From contig JANHCV010000007.1 of NCBI GenBank assembly GCA_025594325.1, positions 744,001 to 808,000 on the forward strand: a DNA stretch of 64,000 nt. Reading direction: 5' to 3'. Position 1 is the stretch's first letter, and every line of letters begins with the position of its first letter. A program made the translations under genes and the position numbers. This DNA comes from Blastocladiella emersonii ATCC 22665. Lineage: Eukaryota > Fungi > Blastocladiomycota. The notes beneath the pieces were generated by a model that saw only the letters and a program-made list of their open reading frames with translations, was not told the DNA's origin and ran no database searches. Below are positions 12,750-24,610 of the stretch, piece by piece.

Positions 12750-13372
12750 TGATGCGGCTTGCTTAGATCAATGCGCGCTAGTGCTTTTGGCGTGCTGCGA
12801 GCGCACTAGGGCTGCCCTCGCCCGCACCTTACTGCTCTCAACCCCGTTCGTCATTGGCAACGTCCTGATCGCATACAAGCGACATCAAGAACTCAACCAG
12901 CTACCGCAGGAACGAGGTTTAGGCCCGGTCGACCCGCAGCGCTCAGCCCACGGACCGCGAGCATCGCTCAGCAATCATGTTGCCCTAAGCTGGCGCCGCC
13001 CAGACTTCAGCCAAGCGTCATGCGGCTGCACTTCCCCGCCGTGCGATGCGCAGCAGTCCCTCGCATCTCCTCGTACCTCGGACGCAATGGTCGCCAGATG
13101 TAGTTGGAAAACAGTCCGACTACATCAGGCTGCTCAGGTCCACTCGCCAGCTCACCAAGATTCTCACGGGCGAGCCGTACGCTACCGCGAAACCAAACGG
13201 CCCAGAGATTGCCATACAACTTCGGAAGCTCCTCGCGCTCCTGCAAGAACCGGTACCTCTGGATCCCAGCGCACCGCCGCCAAGGATCCCCGCCGCATCT
13301 CGTTGGGGCTTCTCGGGCACGTGGGTCTTCGTTCCGCTGACGGCCAAAGACACCTCGAGCAACGACTGCTAG
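12750..13372 (+). pseudogene. Family B copy 2, truncated after the first domain
   Basis: AALPRRAMRSSPSHLL..KQSDYIRLLRS..QLRKLLALLQEPVP..AASRWGFSGTWVFVP, then a stop at 13370-13372. It has the same ag|ctggcg acceptor as copy 1. Confidence 0.55.
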
Positions 13373-13504
13373 CGAGGGCACAAGATCGCACGCACGCATG
13401 AGCAGAAGCGAGTCCGGCCCGATGTATTTTCTCATGAGCACCAACAGTATAAACAAGAACTTGCGCTTGAAGACAGGTCAAGACGTTGCGGCACTTGATC
13501 ACTC

Positions 13505-14728
13505 GTGCTCGGTATTGACGTGGCCAGTCTCAACGTCGAGCGAGCTCGTCGGCGAGATGTTCTCGGCGTCGGCGTGCGCGTCCTGGGACTCGGCAGCATT
13601 CGTAGCGGCGGCCGGAATGCTCGCGTCGCGCTGGCGCTGGTTGGTGTTGTCTATGATGACCAGCGGGGTGGGAATGACCTAGAGAATAGCAACCCTCCTA
13701 TGGCGCTCCGGCTTCTCGCGGGTGCCGTCCCTCGCCGCTCGATTCGAGGGAAACCTTCACACTTTGACCCATTCGTCGCCATGGGCATCGATGTGGCGGC
13801 AAAGCAGTCTGACCACCGGCGGCTCATCAAGTTCACTCGACGGCTTACATCGGCCCTTGCGGGGGCCTCCGTTCCATCTTCACCGTCATCCAGTACTCCA
13901 ACCGCGACGGAGATCCTCGGCCAGCTGTATAAGCTCCTCCCACTTGTGAGCGAGCTGGTTCCTCAAAGCCACGCCAACAGCAAGGTCCGAGCTGCATCAC
14001 GCTGGGGTCTTTCTGGATCATGGGTTTACGTACCGTTCGTTCCGCATCCCTCAGCAAGTCTCTCGATCCAGCTTAGCCAAGATTCTGAACAAGCCTCACG
14101 AGGAACAGCCAGTCATGCATCGAAGGACCATTCTGGAGCGGCTGTTGGACCAGGTACGAGCGTCTTTGTTGAAAGCACAGATATCCGAGACACAACTGAC
14201 CGTTTACCGCCTTCAACTCGACGGTTCTACTTGTTTCACTGCTGTGTCTTGTCGAAACCTGTTTTCCTCGCGATGATTTGACGGCTTTACTCGACCCGTG
14301 TAGACAGAAAACCTCCGAGCGATTCAAATCGTGTTCAAGAACTGGGCAAACTCAAGTTCCCGGTCCTGCGCCCAGTATCGAGGGACCCTGACGGCGTCTG
14401 GATCCTCTCGAACTACGAACCCCAGGAACTGCACATGTTCACCCTTGCTCTATCTGAGGCAGTAACTGGAACCGGTTTGCTGCTTCCGGACTCGACAAGC
14501 GTGACCAACCTTCTCAACCACCTCGAACTCATGCTGCCACTTGTCGAGTCGGCAGGTACCACGACGCAGCCCGTTTCAGCGTCCAATGCCGAGTCGCTGC
14601 GCCCATCACGATACTCGATTTCCAGACCACAACACGGGCAATGGGTCTTTGCGGCATCTGATCCCGAACATTGGACGTCACATCAAGCCAAGCTCGGCAT
14701 CGAGTTCGCCAAGCAGCATGCTAGTTGA
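13505..14728 (+). CDS. Family B copy 3 (unknown two-domain protein); true start unresolved
   Basis: AKQSDHRRLIKF..LYKLLPLVSELVP..AASRWGLSGSWVYVP. A GTACGA..TAG intron (about 14154-14303) joins in frame to WILSNYEPQELHMF..TNLLNHLELMLPLV..HGQWVF..WTSHQAKLGIEFAKQ. Confidence 0.55.
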
Positions 14729-15006
14729 CGCGTGTCTCCATCGCCGTTTGAAGTGTCCCATAGATTTCAGTATAATGTCACTTGTCGATTGATTCACTTC
14801 CAATGTCCTCGCGTCGAAAAACTGCCGGTGTCTCGCACGTCCGCGCGCGTGTCTCGTGTTTCAAGCCGAGCCGTGATCGCGTGAGACTCGACGCGTCGCG
14901 TTGCGCCACACCAGCACCCTGAATTTGAGGAATTTGAGGACCCCCAACCCCCGTCCACCCCCTTGACCCTCTCGGGCCACAGCAAACGACTTGATGCAAC
15001 GGCTCT

Positions 15007-18000
15007 ATGAATGTAGCTCGAGCCTGCGTTACCATTGTCTGCGTGGCCCTCCTGTTCCTCGCCTGCGGCGGGGGTGCGGCTGTCGCTGCGACGACGGCGC
15101 CCGTGCGAGTCGTCCTGCCGGTGAATGCGCGCTCCGAGTCGGCGTTCGTCGATGCGCTCGCGGGCGTGCTCGACGAGTTCAAGAACGAGACGGGGATCAG
15201 CGTCGAGATCCTCATGGACCCGAAGAAGACGCCGTACATCACCGACGATCTCGCGGGCGCGTTCGGCGTGCTCAACGAGCAGCGGAGCTCCGTGTGGGAC
15301 GTGTAAGTGCGGTCTGCTTATCTCTCTTTGGATGGTCCTACTCACTCGTGCTCTTCACTAGTCTCTCGCTCGACGGTGCGCAAACCTGCGAACGACTGCT
15401 CCCAACACGTACTGACGCGTGCCTCGTACATACGCCAAAGTGATCTGGATCGGCGACCTTGCCGAGAACCTGCTCGCGCCACTCGAGGGCCTGATCAACG
15501 CGTCGTCGATCCGCGCGCATAAGGTTGACATCACGCGCGTGGCGACCATCAACGACCACGTCTACGGTCTGCCGCAGCTCTCGGACCACGGGTTCCTGTA
15601 CTATCGGCGCGACCTGCTGCGTAAGTACGGGTTCACTGATCCGCCCAAGACGGTACGCTACACAGAACACGCCTTTCTTCCGCTCGAGCTGACCCCCTTC
15701 TCGCTGCGTAGTGGACCGAGATGGGCGTGATGCTGAGCAAGATCCTCCCCGCGGAGCGCGCGGTGCAGCCGCAGCTGCAGGGCTTTATGACGAGCATGTA
15801 CTCGTTCGAGGGCCTGACGTGCAACGTGGTCGAGTGGCTGCACGGCGCCAACATCTCGTTCCTCGGTCCCGGCGCCAACCCCGGCTCGGTCCATCTATCA
15901 ACCGTCGCCGAAGACCGCGCCGCAGCCATCGCCGAACTATCGCGTCTACGGTCGTGGATCGAACGCGGGTGGATCTCGCCCGCGTCCGTGATCTCGACCG
16001 AGGTCGGCGTGTTCGCGGCGTGGGACCAGGGCAACCTCGTCTTCATGCGCAACTGGGTCGGGCCCAACACGCGCGGAATTTCGGACGACGGGCCCGCGGG
16101 CGTCGCACCGATCCCGGGCGACGCGCGGACCGCGGTGTCGACGCTCGGCGGGTGGTTCCTCGGCGTCTCGCGGCACTCGCGCCAGGTCGGGAACGCGGCA
16201 AAGGTCGTCGAGCTGCTCACGTCCGAGCGGATCCAGCGGCTGAGGAGAGAGAAGTCGGGCGTGTTTACGACTATCACGGCGCTCATGAACGGTACGCTCT
16301 CTGGGTCACGAACGTGGACGTGCCACTGACTTGGTCACCGCCCAACGACAGACATGTCCGCGTGCCGCGTGCCGTCAGCCTGCCGCGCGCTGCCGTCGCT
16401 CAGCATCATCCCGCGCCCGTCAGCATTCACGGGGAACCGGTACATGTCCGTGTCAAAAGCAATCCACTTGACGTGGAACGCGGCGCTCGCGGGGTACACG
16501 ACGCCGGCCGACTCAATCGACACGATGAACAAGGCCATCGCGTCACAACTCGGCATCGACCTGCTGGGTATCCCGCGCAACCTTCCCTGGACCCACCCGG
16601 GCGCGTGGGTGATCGTGGGCGCGGCCATCGCATGCAACCTCGTCGGCGCGTACGCGTCCGTGCGGCTGTACCGGTCGCGCGACAGCACGCCGGTACGTCG
16701 CGCGACGGCGGTGCTGCTGGCCGCGATCATTGCGAGCCTGTGCGCGATCAGCGCGGTGCCCGTGACATACGTGGGGGTGCCGACGGCACCGCAGTGCGCG
16801 GTGCGGACCGCGCTCCTGCCGTTCGGGTTCGCGGTCATGGCGAGCTGCGTGACGGCCCAGAAATACCGCGTGTACCTGATCGTGTCGTCGCCGCTGCGCC
16901 AAGTCGCGCGCGAGGTGCTCGCGCGGCTACGGCGGTTTGTGGTCGGGCTGGTGGGTGTCAACGCGGCGCTCGTCGTGGTGTGGCAGGTGTGCGCGCCGCC
17001 GAGGCCCGTCGACGTGCCGTTTCCTGAGGCCGGGTGGCGGTATACGGGCTGTGGGAGCAGGGACGCGACGCTCGACTACGCCATGATCGGGATCCAGGCC
17101 GTGTACTGCGCCGGGGTCACGGGCATCTACGTGTTCTGCGAGCGCAAGACGCGCGCCGCGCTGCCCGAGGACGCGGCGGGCACGCGGTACCATCTCGTGT
17201 ACCTGATCGGGCTGCTCATTATGCTCTGCGTACGGTCATTTTGATGGTGGCGAGAGAGACTTATGCTGACCCGTCGTGCAAGTGTAGGTCACCCTCACGC
17301 TGATCCCGCTGCTGGGGCCAGTGGTCCACGCGTCGCTCATCTCGACGGGCGTGACGATCGCCGCGCTGGCCATCTTCCGCCTCTTCCTGTTCCCGCTGCT
17401 GCAGGGCAAGCGCGAGGCCGAGGGCGAGTCGTGGGTGGGCGGCGCGACGACCATGGGCGTCGGTTCAGACACGACGGCGACGACCACGACCATGGGTACC
17501 GCGGGCGACGGCCTCACGCACCACCACTCGGCGGCCCAACTCATGCCCGGCAGCTCCCGGACCGACCTCGCCGCGACGGGCGGAATCGCGACATGGCCAG
17601 CCCGCTTCCGGTTCACAGGCAGCAAGTGGAGCATGTTCGAGGACTGGCACGCGGGCGAGGTGGTCCTGCTCAAGGCGCAGGGTCTGCTGGTGCTGGTGGC
17701 GCCGAAACGGCGCATGGTGCTGGGGCTCGGCGCGCTGGTGCAGCTGACGACGGTGACCGAGCAGCAGAAGCGGCTCATGAGCGTCACGTTCGCGTCTGGC
17801 GGCGCGCTGCAGCTCGTGCCCGTCACGGCGGCGCACTTTGACCAGCTCGCGGCGGTTCTGACGCCTCGGAGCGAGCGGCGGTCGACGCGTGACGGGACGC
17901 TGGGCAGGCGGCGGACTGCGTCGGTCGAGGCACCACCGCCGCCGCCTGCGCCGCAGGAGGTCCCGACGCCGATCGAGGACACGCGCGGGTTCTCGGTCGT

Positions 18001-18010
18001 CTCGTCCTAG
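15007..18010 (+). CDS. Class C-like (7tm_3) GPCR with signal peptide, extracellular solute-binding-protein domain and C-terminal PH-like tail; 6 exons (15007-15302, 15362-15375, 15441-15652, 15712-16291, 16352-17229, 17288-18010)
   Basis: Hydrophobic signal peptide. SBP family-1-like motifs DVLSLDVIW, YGLPQLSDHGFLYYRRDLL..KYG..PPKTWTE and TLGGWFLGV. Seven hydrophobic segments with class C-like motifs (C..R..LLPFGF, QKYRVYLI). All splice junctions keep the frame. Confidence 0.8.
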
Positions 18011-18046
18011 TGGTGCTAGTTGCTGTACTGTATGTATATATTCCCA

Positions 18047-18640
18047 TCACGCCAACGCCTCGCCCGACTCGCCGCGCGCGTGCATGTTTGGCGGCACGCT
18101 GCCGACCTCGGTGACGAGCGGGATGAGCGCAATGATAATAACGAGGACCGACACGCCCAGCAGTCCCGCCATGAACGGGTTCCCCGGCACGGGCGCCTTG
18201 GCGAGGAACGCGGCCGCGCACCCGGCGAGGACCACGAGGACGCCGAGGTACGACTTGTTGGCGGCGCGGCCCTCGACCTTGCCGCTGGCGCTGAGCCACG
18301 ACACGTCCATGAACCGGCAGCTCGCGGGGGACCGGCCCGCCGCGCCGAGGACGCCGGCGAGCGCGAGCAGCGCGTGGGTGAAGCAGAAGGCGATGAACAG
18401 GCCGCGGTACACGGCCGACGACTCGGGCGGTGATGCGCCGGGTGCGACGCCCTTGGGACCCGCGAGGAAGGCCGGCCACTTGGCTGCCGCGTACGCGCCC
18501 AGCGCGATGTACGCGAGCGACTCGAGCAGGAAGGCGTAGAGCGACAGCACGCGCCACGGGCCGTGCAGCTTGCGCGGAGACCCCGCCGCGGTGTCGTCGG
18601 CGTCCGCGGGCCGGCTCAGCGTGAAAAAGTCGTTGGCCAT
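18047..18640 (-). CDS. Hypothetical small multi-pass membrane protein (about 4 TM, 197 aa)
   Basis: Single ORF with ATG, host-like GC3-rich codons and four hydrophobic stretches. Confidence 0.7.
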   Translation of the reverse strand: MANDFFTLSRPADADDTAAGSPRKLHGPWRVLSLYAFLLESLAYIALGAYAAAKWPAFLAGPKGVAPGASPPESSAVYRGLFIAFCFTHALLALAGVLGAAGRSPASCRFMDVSWLSASGKVEGRAANKSYLGVLVVLAGCAAAFLAKAPVPGNPFMAGLLGVSVLVIIIALIPLVTEVGSVPPNMHARGESGEALA

Positions 18641-19011
18641 GGTGGTCGGGTGGTGGGTTGCGGCAAGTGTGCAACAGTTACATGGGGATCCCGCGCGCGG
18701 GAGAGGTGTAGCAAGTGTACGGTCGATGGAGAGAGAGGGAGAGCGCGGGCCTCATTCCCTCCTTGGGCCGCCGCCACCCGGCCGCGAGCCGGCGTGACGC
18801 GGCGGTTTCTTGCGGCAGCTGCGGCCACGGGCACCGAACGGCGGCTTTGGTCGCAATCGAGAAGGTGGTTATTTGTGCAGCGGGGGGTGGGGGGTGGTCG
18901 GCGGGCAGGTTGGTTGACCGCTGTCCGCCGCGGCTGCCGACCATCGACTCGTCGACCCTGCCGCGAAGCCACACTGCTTCTCCAACGGCACCCCATGTAT
19001 CGCTCGCGCCC

Positions 19012-20568
19012 ATGCTAGCGCGCACCGCGACCTGGTGCAACCGATCGCTCCCCCTCCTCCGCCGCTTCGCCATGTCCACACCAACACCCGCACCCGCGCC
19101 CCGCCGTCCGCCCGTCATCTGCGTGGTCGGCACGACGGGCGCGGGCAAGAGCGACGCGGCGCTGCTCCTGGCCGAGCGGCTCGGCGGCGAGGTCATCAAC
19201 TCGGACGCCCTGCAGGTGTACTCTGCGCTCGACGTGGTCACCAACAAGGTGCCCGCCGCCGACCGCGCCCGCGTCCCGCACCACCTGCTGGACCTGCGCG
19301 AAGTTGATTCCGCCGACCCTGCGGACCGCGCGCCGTACTCGGTCCGCGACTTTGCGCGCGACGCGGCGAGGATCATCGACGACCTGCACGCGCGCGGGAA
19401 GCCTGCGGTGGTTGTTGGCGGGACGCATTATTACCTCCAGTACCTCCTGTACGGCGACGAGCGCGGCAGCGGATCCGGTGAGGCGGGCTCCGACGACGGC
19501 AACGGCGCCGCAGCGATCCCGGCCGACATCGCCGCGTCAATCGCCGCCAACGACGCACCCGCGATGCACGCGCACCTCGCGCGCCTCGCTCCTGCGGCCG
19601 GCGCCAAGTGGCACCCGAACGACGTGCGCCGCGTGCGCCGTGCGCTCGAGCGGCACTTCGCTTCAGGCCCCACTCCCACTACGAGCGACCCCGTGGCGCC
19701 GCTGCGGTACCCGACGCTCGCGGTCTGGGTGCACTCGGACTCGGAGACGCTCGATGCGCGGCTCGACGCGCGCGTCGACGGCATGGTGCGCCGCGGCCTG
19801 TTCGCCGAGGTCCGCCACCTGCGCGCCGTTGCGCACCGGCTCGCGCTGTCGGCCGAGGACACCGCGCGCGGCGTGTATGTCGCGATCGGGGTCAAGGAGC
19901 TCGCCGCGTACATGGACGCCGTCGACGCGGCGGCCAAAGAGGCTGGCGTCGATCCCGCGTCGGTCCCGGCAACCGCAGAACCGATGGATGCCGTCGACGC
20001 GGCGATCCGCGCGACCGTCGACCCCGCGCAAGACCCGGCGTGGCCCGCGCGGCTCGCGGACCTCGACCGCCTGCGCGACGAGGGCCTGCACGCCGTGAAA
20101 CTCGCGACGCGCCAGTACGCGCGGCGCCAGGTGACGTGGATCCGGAGGCGGCTCGGTCCGCGGTTGCGGCTCGCCGGGGACCCGCCGGGCGGGATGTACG
20201 TCCTCGACACGACCGACGCGACCGGTGAGGCGTGGCTCGCCGAACACGTCGTCGACCCCGTGTACGAGCGGCTCGCGGCGCCGTTCATTCGCGGGAACCT
20301 CGAGACGTGGCCCGACCCGCGCGACTTCCACCCGCGCGCGGCCGAGCTGCTGCGGCTCGACGCGGACCCGGCCGCGGTCCTCGCGGGGAACCACGACTTT
20401 GAGACGTCGACGTGCGCCGTGTGCCAGCGCGTGCTGCGCGGCGCCGCCGAGGTCGAAGCGCATAACCGGTCGCGCGCGCACCGCAACGCCGTCAAGAAGC
20501 AGCGCAAGCTCGCGGCAATGAACGCGCATCTCGACGGCGAGCCAGAGGCGAAGCGGGTCAAGGAGTGA
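19012..20568 (+). CDS. MOD5: tRNA dimethylallyltransferase (IPPT/MiaA family) with C-terminal C2H2 zinc finger
   Basis: VGTTGAGKS P-loop, EVINSDALQVY, TNK, VPHHL, VVGGTHYY, HPNDVRRVRRALE, ATRQYARRQVTWIR, and CAVC..H..SRAH. Confidence 0.95.
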   Translation: MLARTATWCNRSLPLLRRFAMSTPTPAPAPRRPPVICVVGTTGAGKSDAALLLAERLGGEVINSDALQVYSALDVVTNKVPAADRARVPHHLLDLREVDSADPADRAPYSVRDFARDAARIIDDLHARGKPAVVVGGTHYYLQYLLYGDERGSGSGEAGSDDGNGAAAIPADIAASIAANDAPAMHAHLARLAPAAGAKWHPNDVRRVRRALERHFASGPTPTTSDPVAPLRYPTLAVWVHSDSETLDARLDARVDGMVRRGLFAEVRHLRAVAHRLALSAEDTARGVYVAIGVKELAAYMDAVDAAAKEAGVDPASVPATAEPMDAVDAAIRATVDPAQDPAWPARLADLDRLRDEGLHAVKLATRQYARRQVTWIRRRLGPRLRLAGDPPGGMYVLDTTDATGEAWLAEHVVDPVYERLAAPFIRGNLETWPDPRDFHPRAAELLRLDADPAAVLAGNHDFETSTCAVCQRVLRGAAEVEAHNRSRAHRNAVKKQRKLAAMNAHLDGEPEAKRVKE

Positions 20569-20579
20569 GTGTACAACCA

Positions 20580-23500
20580 TTACGTCAATGTATCATCGCA
20601 TCCTCGCTCTTCCATCACGTCCTTGGGCTTGACCCACGTCGCCTTGAACGCGGGGCACTCGAGCTCCGCGTCGGCGACCGCGACCGCCGTCACCTCGGCC
20701 GCGCCGATGACGACGGGCACGGCGACCCCGCGGTTGAGCACCATGAGGTCGAACTTGCACACGTCGCGCGGTGCAACACCACCGCTGCCGAACCGGACAA
20801 ACGCCTCGGCCTGCATCTCCGCGACGCGCGCGACGCCGAACCCGACGCGCACGGGCTCCGTGGCCGCGGGCACGAACCCGCCGCGCGCACCCGTCCCCTC
20901 CTTGGCCGCCGGCGCGACGCGCGCGAAATGCACCTCGACGAGGTCCGTCGGCACCTCGTCCCCCTCCGCGAGGTGCGCCGGCTTGAACTCGCCGTACACG
21001 GCGCGCTCGTCGTCCGTCTCGCTCGGGACAAACGCGTGCGTCGAGACCGGGTCGACGAGGTGCCCGGCGATCGCGTGGCGGACCATGGACGTGATATCGC
21101 GCGTCCACGCCGCGCTCGCGGCGTCGACGCGCGGGCCCGAGGTGGACGTGTTCGTCGAGACCGAGACCAGGAACTCGGCGTCACGTGTGAACACGTACAG
21201 GACCGTGGTCCCCTCGACACGCAGCCCGACGCCCGTCAGCGGGCCCGGGACCACGGCGGTCTCAAAGTACCCCATGACGGGGTGCTCGGGCGCCTTCAGC
21301 GGCTCGCGCTTCGGCTGCTTGCGCGTCTTGACGCGCTCGAACGCGACGGCGTGGTCGGCGACGGGCATCAGAGCCGGCGCAGCGACGCTGTGCGCGTCAA
21401 CGAGCCCCGAGGCGGCGCGCGCGAGCGGGACGTACTCGTCCGCACCGGCCACGGGCGCCGTGAAGCTGACGTGCGTCGCGGCGTCATGCGCAGCGAGCGT
21501 GACGGTCGGGAACCACGTGCGCGCGGCGTCGATGCCGCGGAACACGACGATCGGCGCGCCGCCGTTGACGGCGACCGAGATGGTGCCCGCGTCGAGGTCG
21601 AGGAGGCACGCGGCGACGGACACGCGGCCGTGGCGGACCGGGTGCTTGATGTTGCGCGCGGTGCCAGAGTGCACCGCGAGCCACGACGACAGGTCGACGG
21701 CGTAGCTGTGCGCGTCACCGCCGAGCGCGTGGCCAGGGACCAGCGCGGCGTCGGGCGTCGTCCACGCGAGGACCGGCGCGTTGGTGGTGTGGCCAGGGGA
21801 CAGCGTCACCGTGTACGCGTACTTGCCCGACCGCGTCGCGCCGAACGCCGCGCGCGCGTGCTGCGAGGTGAGGGCCGGGTTGATGGTGAGCGCGGTCGCC
21901 GGGTCGCGGACGAGGAGGGACCCGGTGGCCAGGGCGGTGCGCGCGGGCACTGCGGGGCGGACGGCGAGCGAGCGCGCGTAGGACAGGATGGTGGCCGTGT
22001 TGAGGTCGGCGGAGGCCTGGTCGAGCGACTTGGCGGCCGCGTAGATGATCTCGTCGCCCTCGAGGATGCGGTCGAGATCGGTCACTGGCACTGTGGGTCG
22101 CGAGGCGGTGGTCAGTGGCTGTTGCGACAACGATGAGCAGGCAATGAAAGCGTACGGGCAGCGTGGAGGTTGATAAAGTGGCGAACGGCCGTGGGCGTCG
22201 AGCAGTAGTCGAACATGAGCTCGAACGCCTCATAGATAGACTCGTCGGGCGACTGGAACACGTCTACATACACGAGCCCACGAGAGTGTCAGTCGCGCTC
22301 TACTCTGGCAGCGAAAAGCACCGTACCCTTGTACAGCGCGAGGTTCCCGTGCACCTCGATCGCGAGCGCCTGGATGTTGGGCAGGAACGACTTGCCGAGC
22401 ACGCCGGCGACGCCGTCGAGGAACAGGTCGTTGTCGACGAGCTTGGACATCTCCTCGCGCCCGCGCGCCGCCTGGTACCGCGCCGTCGCCTTGCCGACGT
22501 TGTCGTTGAAGATGAGGTCGCCGTTCTCGTCAGTGAGGATCGCGTGCACGAGGCCGACCGACTTGGCGCTGAGGTCGGACAGCAGCGCCCTCCCCTCGTC
22601 GCTCGCGGCGAGCGCGGCGACGACGCTGGCGGACAGCCCGGTGAAAAACGCGCGGACGTGCGGGACCAGCGCGTCGGCCGCGTCCTGCACCTCCTTGGTC
22701 GGCACGCGCCGCGCGACCATCTTGGTGCGGACGAGCTGGGTAGCAGCTGCCGACTTGGCCGCGACCGCGTCGAGGTCAAAGTTGAGCTTCTTGAGCGCGG
22801 GACCGTACACCTCGACCGCGAGCAAGCCGGCGCGGTCCGGGACCGCGGCCACGACGGCGGCCATGGCGGCGCCGCACGCGGCCTGCGCGCCGAGCGTCGC
22901 GTGCGCGGCAACGCGCGCCGTGATGCCAACGAGGTTGCCCTGGTCGACGAGGTGGCGGAACAGGGCGGTGTCGGAGGTGGTGGCGAGCTGGGCGAGCGTC
23001 GCGAACAGGGGCGCGACGCGCGACTCGGTCGAGGCGTCGAGCGCCGCGATCGTCGACAGCTCGGCGCACAGGGCCTGCGTGAGCTTGGCGCGGTCGGGCT
23101 CGAAGGTGGCGAGGAACGCGACGGCGGTCGTGTTGGACTCGACGAGCTGCGTGTAAGCGAACGCGAGCGCGGGCGTGTCGTGGATCTGGTCGCGGACGGC
23201 AACTGAGTGGAACAAGTGAGAATGACGAGCGTCAGATCGAGCGAGCAAGACATGCGTACCACTTGCAGGGAACGAGAGCGCAAACTCGAGGAAACTGGTG
23301 CCGCGCGCCGCGTCGTCGAACGCGCCGGGCGTGCTGAGGAGGGCCTTAAGGTGGCCCTTCTCGACTGCCTGGACGCGGAGCGAGTCGCTGGCGAGGACGA
23401 GGGCCGGAAGGGCAACGTAGGCGACGTGCTGGTCGGCGATCACGGACCACCCGCGGATCAGCTCGTCGAGCACGTCCACGTCGAACGCAGCGAGCTGGTC

Positions 23501-24610
23501 GGCCAGGTCGCGCGTGCGGTACGCGCCGCTCGCGGACAGGTACGCGGCGAGGACGAGCGCGTGCTTGCGCTTGGCGAGGTTGTCTGTGGGCAGCGACGTG
23601 GATGATCGCGTTAGTGTCAAATCTCCAGGTCCGCGGTCGCGGGGCAACGCACCAGCAGTCGACGCGTCGGCGTGGAAGCGGAGCAGGTCCTGGACCAGCT
23701 TGGCGACATCGGCCGAGTTGACGCCGTCAAACACGTTGGGCGCGTCGGCGTCGAGCTCGAAGGTGAAGATGGCGCCGGCGAGGACCGTGATGGGGACGAG
23801 CGCCTCGTCCTCGTCTGCGAGGTGGCGCTGGAGGTACACGAGCACGGCCTTGTGGAGGCCGGCCTTGACGACGCTGTTCGTCGCCGTGACGGGCTCGCGG
23901 AGGACGATGCGCGCGAGAAGGGTCGCGAGCAGCGCGGTGGTGTGCGCGTCAGCAACCGCATCGAGGCGCGCGGCGAGGTCGGCGGCGAGGCCAGCGAAGG
24001 AAGCGGAGTGCACGAACACGGCCAGGTTGGCGTCTACATCGAGTTGCGGGAAGCCGCGTCAGTGCGGTGGCCGTGGCGGAGGCGGTGTGGCGCAACGCGT
24101 ACCGTTCTGGAGCAGGTGGCCGAGGTACGCCACGGCGCTGACGAGCGTCTCGGGGTGCTCGTGGTTGCCGACGATGCTGGCGACGACCGAGGCCAGGTGC
24201 TCCTCTACAACCGCGATAAGGATCATGAGGGACACGTCTCGAAACAGCGGGTGCTACGGCACCCGATCCGGGGCGCAGGCAGTCCGTACCAGCAACGGGG
24301 GCTTTGGGCGCCTTGGCGATGAGGCCGTCCTGGCCGTGCTTGGCGAGCAGCTCGTCAAAGTCTGCCAGAGGGCGCGCGAACGTCAGCTAGGGAACATTCG
24401 CAACCACACGCCAGACGCACCCCGCGTCGAGTGCGAGTCGATGCGCTTGCGGCCGAACCCGATGGCCGAGATGCGCTTGAAGAACCCGCCCTTCTTCTTC
24501 TTCTCGGCGCCCGGCGAGTGCGACCCGGCGGCGCGCTCGTGCTCGGCGAGCGAGGCGAACAGGTCCACAGCGGCGGGCGAGAGGTCGGGCGAGTTGAGGG
24601 TGACGGTCAT
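20580..24610 (-). CDS. Large multi-exon protein with ARM/HEAT-like helical N-terminal half and two C-terminal SPRY-like domains
   Basis: Exons can be joined through GTGCGT/GTACGG/GTACGC introns from the ATG at 24610. SPRY-like VAACLLDLDAGTISVAVNG...FPTVTL, and a second copy GYFETAVV...VRVGFGV. Confidence 0.65.
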
